Position numbers and translations under genes: made by a program. 20,000 nucleotides of DNA from IMG/VR virus record IMGVR_UViG_3300027336_000062; one strand, written 5' to 3'. Within the stretch, counting starts at the first letter, position 1. Each line of letters opens with the position of its first letter. Shown here in pieces: positions 15,805 to 20,000 of this stretch. The DNA comes from an uncultured virus (IMG/VR IMGVR_UViG_3300027336_000062) (Duplodnaviria > Heunggongvirae > Uroviricota > Caudoviricetes). The notes beneath the pieces are model-generated. The model ran no database searches. It was given only the letters and a program-made list of their open reading frames with translations, and was not told the origin of the DNA.

Positions 15805-16164
15805 TCAACCCATTCGAAGGATCTCGATACCAGCATCAGTGGTGTTGGTGATGTAGGTGTCCTTGCCCCACTCTTGGGAGAGCGTTGAAGAAATGCCTCC
15901 ACGAATATCTTTTGAAGGGTATTTTCCAGAAGGAACAACTTGCACTGAGCCAATGGGAGCATCGAAATTGATCAACGGTCGGTAGTACGAAGTAAGCTCT
16001 CCGTAGGGATACTTGCGGGGAGCACGCTGGCGCTCTTTTGGCACAGCGACTTCCAAACCGTTGCTGATTGTCTCGCCTTGTTCAGTGACGATGGCGTATT
16101 GACAACCGGAAGCCACAAGCAGTTTGATGGCTTTGTTCAATGCGATAACTTGTACCTCAGTCAT
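15805..16164 (-). CDS. Hypothetical protein
   Basis: 119 aa from ATG 16164, an ATGA overlap with the polymerase stop. Confidence 0.78.
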   Translation of the reverse strand: MTEVQVIALNKAIKLLVASGCQYAIVTEQGETISNGLEVAVPKERQRAPRKYPYGELTSYYRPLINFDAPIGSVQVVPSGKYPSKDIRGGISSTLSQEWGKDTYITNTTDAGIEILRMG

Positions 16165-18821
16165 GGTGAATCTTTCTTGGAGCACAACTCCATAATGATT
16201 TTTTGATCTGCTTTATTGGGCAGGGTGATTGCATGAGCCCAGTCGGGATAAAAAATGTCCAAGGCAGCACCCAGCTTTACAGTCGGGTGTTGGATTTCGG
16301 GCAGCTCTTGCCACTGCATGGACTTGATCAGCTCACGATTGGCAAACTCGACTACCTCCACATCGTTGCGGATGAGGATGTAGATTGCGTCGTGAATCAG
16401 AGCCACTGGCTTGATGTCGTAGCGGTACTTCGATGCCCAAACTTTGCGCATGAAGTCCACTGCAGCACGGTTGTTGAGCAAGCCATAGGATTGACCCAGG
16501 GCATTGCCGGCAGTTCTTCCTTCGGCCGAAGCTTCGTAAGGCATGCCTCTGGTGCCATAGATCACCTGCTTGAGCAGAGGAGTCCTGACACGTAATCCAA
16601 ACGCCACTTCCACGTAGCCGTCGATCGAAGCTTGCTTCAGGCGCTCTTGAACGTAGGCATCCGATACCTGGTAGAGATCGTGGTATCCCTTTTCGATGGC
16701 TTTGGATTTCTCCTCGGACCAACCCAGGTTGCTCATCATCCCGTGGTAAGTACCACCGTAGGTGAGAAGAAAGGTAGGTGCCTTGGAGTCTTGTCTTAGC
16801 TCCGGGTACTTCTTCTTGATCGTGTTGACCGAAGCAGGATCTTCAAGATCGATCTCGGGACACTGATCACGGAAGTAATAGGCCGCACGCAGTGAGTGAC
16901 CGTCAAAGCCTTTCTCATAGACCGCAAGCTTGTTGGGATCCTTGGTGGTTAGTGCAGAGATGTAGTCTTCAAGCGAGTTGAAGTCAGCACCTGCAAAGAG
17001 CCAACCAGGTGGAGCTTGGAAGCATGTCTTGATCACTTTGCCGAAGTCAGATCCAGCAGGCAGGTTCTGCATGTTTGGATCACTCGAGCTCAGTCGGCCG
17101 GAGACCGTGCCACCCAGATTGAAGCTGCCATGCAGGTATCGCATGCCATCATCTTTGAGGATGCCTCGCTCGAATGCAGGGATGAACGTGGACAGGATCT
17201 TCGTGACCTTGCCGTAGCCAATCAACGCAGTGAGCAGCTCTTTGTAGGCAGGCTCCTCGGTGTGGTTGATCAGCTTCTCGATCGTCTCTGCACCGGTTGC
17301 AGGTTGCTTGGTGTCGGTGAGATCGAGCACTGGCAAGCCCATCAGTTCGTAGAGCAAACGCTGCAGCTGAGGACCGGAGTTCGGATTGAACTCCATGGCT
17401 TCGAATGCAGCCTTGTTCTTGGGCATGATCTTCCCAGGATTCTTGGCTTTGGCTTTCCGGTCTTCGTAGTCCTTTTTCCAGGCAGTCTCCTGCAACAGCA
17501 ACTGCAGCATCTTGATGACGCTGCTGTTTTTGATGGCCGTGAGGTGAAGCTGTTGCTCGACAAAAAGATCCATCTTTACGTCAGTGATCTTGCTGTCACT
17601 CATGGGCATGCCACTCAGCTCGATCTGGATGATCAGTTTGAGGCTTGGGAGCATCAAGCCGTTGTACAGATCCAGCTGGTTGTCCTGCACCATGGTTGGC
17701 CAGTACTTGTCCTTTACATAGTTGGTGGACAGGGCATCCACCAGGTTGTACTGGAGCAGCTCATCAAGAGGAATCTTGCGGATGTCCTTGATGTCGTCCT
17801 TGGCCCAGTTGCCTGCAAACTCATGAGCCAGTGACTTCAAGCCCAGCACGTTACCGGCCGTCGAATTGATGGCCAGGTAGGTGATGATCTTGGTGTCGTG
17901 CATGCGCTTGGTGAGCACATCCAGACCCTTGAGCAGACCCTTGGTGTCCAGCAAGTCTTCCATCCACAGTGCGTAGATGAGTGCCTTGATGTCGTAGGAA
18001 GCGCTGTGAAAGGTCAGCTCACCTTGGTAGGTCTCGAAGAACTCTTTGAGCATGATGCGCAGGGGCACATCGGCTGCATAAAAGCCGTAGTGCGATGCCA
18101 TGGATTCCTCAGGGCAGTTGAGATTCATCGTGCCGTTCTCGAAGACGACACGCTGGTAGTCCACCGCAAAGGCAATGCCGTTGTGCTTGTCCCAGGCGAA
18201 TGCAATCGTGGCCACTCCAGCCTCGTCAAAGCGCAAGGAGAAGCCTTCGATGTCACAGGTGAGGCTTGGGTGCTGGTGCAACGATTGAAGGGCTGCACGG
18301 ATCTCCTGCCAGCTTTTGGGGTACTGAGCCGAGTGGATGATGCCGCTACCAATGGCCTGGTAGTTGCCGGCCACACCTGAAGCCAGTGTGAATAGACTCA
18401 GGTCTAGCTTGGCTTGCAGCTGCGGGTTGTAGATCAGCTGCTGGTAGTTCAGACCCAGCACAACGGTCATGTGCTCGTAGCCCTTGATCTTGCAAGGAAG
18501 CACATAGCCGAAGTGAGGGTCTGCCTTACCTTGACCAGCAAGGGTCTTGAAGTAATTGGCGTCTGCAACGTAGAGGTGTTTGACACCCAGACTGTCCAAG
18601 GCAGGCAAAAGGTTGCTCAGGTAATCTTTGATGTGCTGAGCTGGCGCTTTGCCTTCCGAGTTGTAGTCCAGGGTGAAAGCAATCATCTCTTCTTCAGCGA
18701 TGCCACGTTTGATCAGGGGATCAACGTAATTGACTCGGAGCTCGTGTTTGCTGAAAGAGGTGCTTTTCGACAAGACAGCGATGCTGTAGGCGTTGGCTTC
18801 TTTGAAGATGTGGTGACGCAT
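16161..18821 (-). CDS. DNA polymerase family A with 3'-5' exonuclease (N4 gp39-like)
   Basis: Exo motifs 'CDIEG', 'HSASYD' and 'YNLVDA'; 'SGRLSSSDPNMQNLP'; motif A 'GADFNSLE'; motif B 'RQDSKAPTFLLTYGG'; motif C 'IHDAIY'. AAGGA RBS. Confidence 0.96.
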   Translation of the reverse strand: MRHHIFKEANAYSIAVLSKSTSFSKHELRVNYVDPLIKRGIAEEEMIAFTLDYNSEGKAPAQHIKDYLSNLLPALDSLGVKHLYVADANYFKTLAGQGKADPHFGYVLPCKIKGYEHMTVVLGLNYQQLIYNPQLQAKLDLSLFTLASGVAGNYQAIGSGIIHSAQYPKSWQEIRAALQSLHQHPSLTCDIEGFSLRFDEAGVATIAFAWDKHNGIAFAVDYQRVVFENGTMNLNCPEESMASHYGFYAADVPLRIMLKEFFETYQGELTFHSASYDIKALIYALWMEDLLDTKGLLKGLDVLTKRMHDTKIITYLAINSTAGNVLGLKSLAHEFAGNWAKDDIKDIRKIPLDELLQYNLVDALSTNYVKDKYWPTMVQDNQLDLYNGLMLPSLKLIIQIELSGMPMSDSKITDVKMDLFVEQQLHLTAIKNSSVIKMLQLLLQETAWKKDYEDRKAKAKNPGKIMPKNKAAFEAMEFNPNSGPQLQRLLYELMGLPVLDLTDTKQPATGAETIEKLINHTEEPAYKELLTALIGYGKVTKILSTFIPAFERGILKDDGMRYLHGSFNLGGTVSGRLSSSDPNMQNLPAGSDFGKVIKTCFQAPPGWLFAGADFNSLEDYISALTTKDPNKLAVYEKGFDGHSLRAAYYFRDQCPEIDLEDPASVNTIKKKYPELRQDSKAPTFLLTYGGTYHGMMSNLGWSEEKSKAIEKGYHDLYQVSDAYVQERLKQASIDGYVEVAFGLRVRTPLLKQVIYGTRGMPYEASAEGRTAGNALGQSYGLLNNRAAVDFMRKVWASKYRYDIKPVALIHDAIYILIRNDVEVVEFANRELIKSMQWQELPEIQHPTVKLGAALDIFYPDWAHAITLPNKADQKIIMELCSKKDSP

Positions 18822-18829
18822 GTGGTTCC

Positions 18830-19345
18830 TTAAATGAGCAAGTTTGTGACCATCCTTGCTTTCATCATGTTGATCGGTGCCTGATTCTTTTCACGCAGCT
18901 CAACGATTTTCTCATCGGTGAGTTGCTTGGCTTGGCACGGGCAGGTGGCAATCAATTTTTCCAGGGGCTGGTGAATGGACTCGGGGAAGATGTGCAGATA
19001 GTCCTGCAGATCATTCGAGGCATTTAGCACCTGGTTGATGAAGCCAATGACGAATGGCAGCTCTCTCTCATTGAGTTGCTTGAGATCAAAGAGATACTCA
19101 TCCATGGTTGGTTTCAGCTGAACGAGCAGCCGATTCCACTTGCGGGGAGGAGACCCGTTGTCACAGCTGTAGTGCACACCCTTGTAGTTGAACGACTTGT
19201 GGGAGTAGCCTCCCAGCAGGGTGTTGCGAACGATCAGAACTTCCAGACGATTCTTGAACTGGTTCTCTACCGGGCGGTAAAGGTACTCGTAAAGCGTGTC
19301 TTTGATCAGCTGCTTGGTGCGCGGATCATGTTGAAGCTGTTCCAT
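18830..19345 (-). CDS. Conserved hypothetical protein between helicase and polymerase (N4 gp38-like position)
   Basis: 171 aa. Synteny helicase - hypothetical - polA is as in N4-like phages. Confidence 0.75.
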   Translation of the reverse strand: MEQLQHDPRTKQLIKDTLYEYLYRPVENQFKNRLEVLIVRNTLLGGYSHKSFNYKGVHYSCDNGSPPRKWNRLLVQLKPTMDEYLFDLKQLNERELPFVIGFINQVLNASNDLQDYLHIFPESIHQPLEKLIATCPCQAKQLTDEKIVELREKNQAPINMMKARMVTNLLI

Positions 19346-19363
19346 GGTTTTCTCATTGAGGTT

Positions 19364-20000
19364 TTAGACCAGATCTCCGGTGAGGAAGACTTGGGTACGT
19401 GCACGGCTGACGCCGACATAGAGCATTCGAGCAATTTGATCTCCTGAGTTACAGCGACGGATGTCATCGAGATCTACGAACACACGATCGAACGTGGAGC
19501 CTTGTGCCTTGTTGATGGTGCAGGCATAGGCAGCACGAAGATCGATCCACTGGCTTTCCATTTCAGAGACGGCACCGAAGTTGTCTTGGGCACGCATCTT
19601 TTTGATGCCTGCGTTCCACTCTTGAAGACTCTTGGGATGGAACAACCAGATGCCGTCGATGCACATCATGTTGCCGGGCACTTCGTATCGAACTGAAGGG
19701 CTTTCGATAGCGGTGATCTGGACCATCTGATCGGTCTTGATCGAGCTACGGCCGACGGTGACAAACGAGTTGCAAATTGCGTAATCGTCAACCTGGAAGT
19801 CCGGATCTCCCTTCACATGGTTCCGGACGAAGTGGTTGTAGTTGATGACGCATTTGTTGGTCCAGGCCAGGATCTTGGAGTCCTGGTAACGCCAGTCAGG
19901 CCGTGTGAACTCAGCCTTGATGGCTTCGTTGAACGCATCCCGCTGCAGGTACTGAACGTGGTGCCCATCAGGTGTGAAGCTGAAGAACTCACCTGTGTTG
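19364..20000 (-). CDS. SF1B DNA helicase (Dda/RecD-like, N4 gp37-like), C-terminal part; begins outside the window
   Basis: The frame stays open to the window edge (…KILAWTNKCVINYN…). Motifs V/VI 'AYACTINKAQGSTFDRVFVD' and 'LYVGVSRAR'. Confidence 0.92.
   Translation of the reverse strand, partial: NTGEFFSFTPDGHHVQYLQRDAFNEAIKAEFTRPDWRYQDSKILAWTNKCVINYNHFVRNHVKGDPDFQVDDYAICNSFVTVGRSSIKTDQMVQITAIESPSVRYEVPGNMMCIDGIWLFHPKSLQEWNAGIKKMRAQDNFGAVSEMESQWIDLRAAYACTINKAQGSTFDRVFVDLDDIRRCNSGDQIARMLYVGVSRARTQVFLTGDLV

Noticed and set aside
15740..15808. N-terminal extension of the 15221-15808 ORF
   Set aside because: It runs through the UUCG terminator (translated as APSGAFFI); ATG 15739 is the better start.
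16161..18821. Intein or intron in the polymerase
   Set aside because: The ORF is continuous, motif spacing is normal, and no splicing or homing-endonuclease motifs were seen.
16203..19696. Plus-strand ORFs opposite the polymerase and helicase (e.g. 17016-17834)
   Set aside because: Antisense shadows of strongly biased coding sequence, with no recognisable motifs.

Overview
Phage DNA throughout, most consistent with an N4-like (Schitoviridae-type) phage of a Gram-negative, probably betaproteobacterial, host. Two gene blocks converge at ~13.69 kb. The + strand (1-13688) is a late operon: a repeat-rich tail-tip protein with its chaperone, structural genes, a 1092-aa modular tail fibre ending in an intramolecular chaperone, a small adhesin-like gene, cupin-like accessory genes, and an extended lysis region (membrane proteins, nested Rz/Rz1 spanins, GH19 endolysin). 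The - strand (20000-13685) is a replication block: SF1 helicase, conserved hypothetical, family A DNA polymerase, then small genes. The most notable feature is at 14122-14457, which looks like a dismantled lysogeny module. A frameshifted DUF4224 (excisionase-like) gene is followed by 11 codons resembling an integrase start. These are fused directly to the 3' half of tRNA-Arg(ACG), an attP-like core, followed by a consensus IHF site and a terminator. No integrase body is present in the window. All family assignments come from motif recognition by eye, not from database searches.
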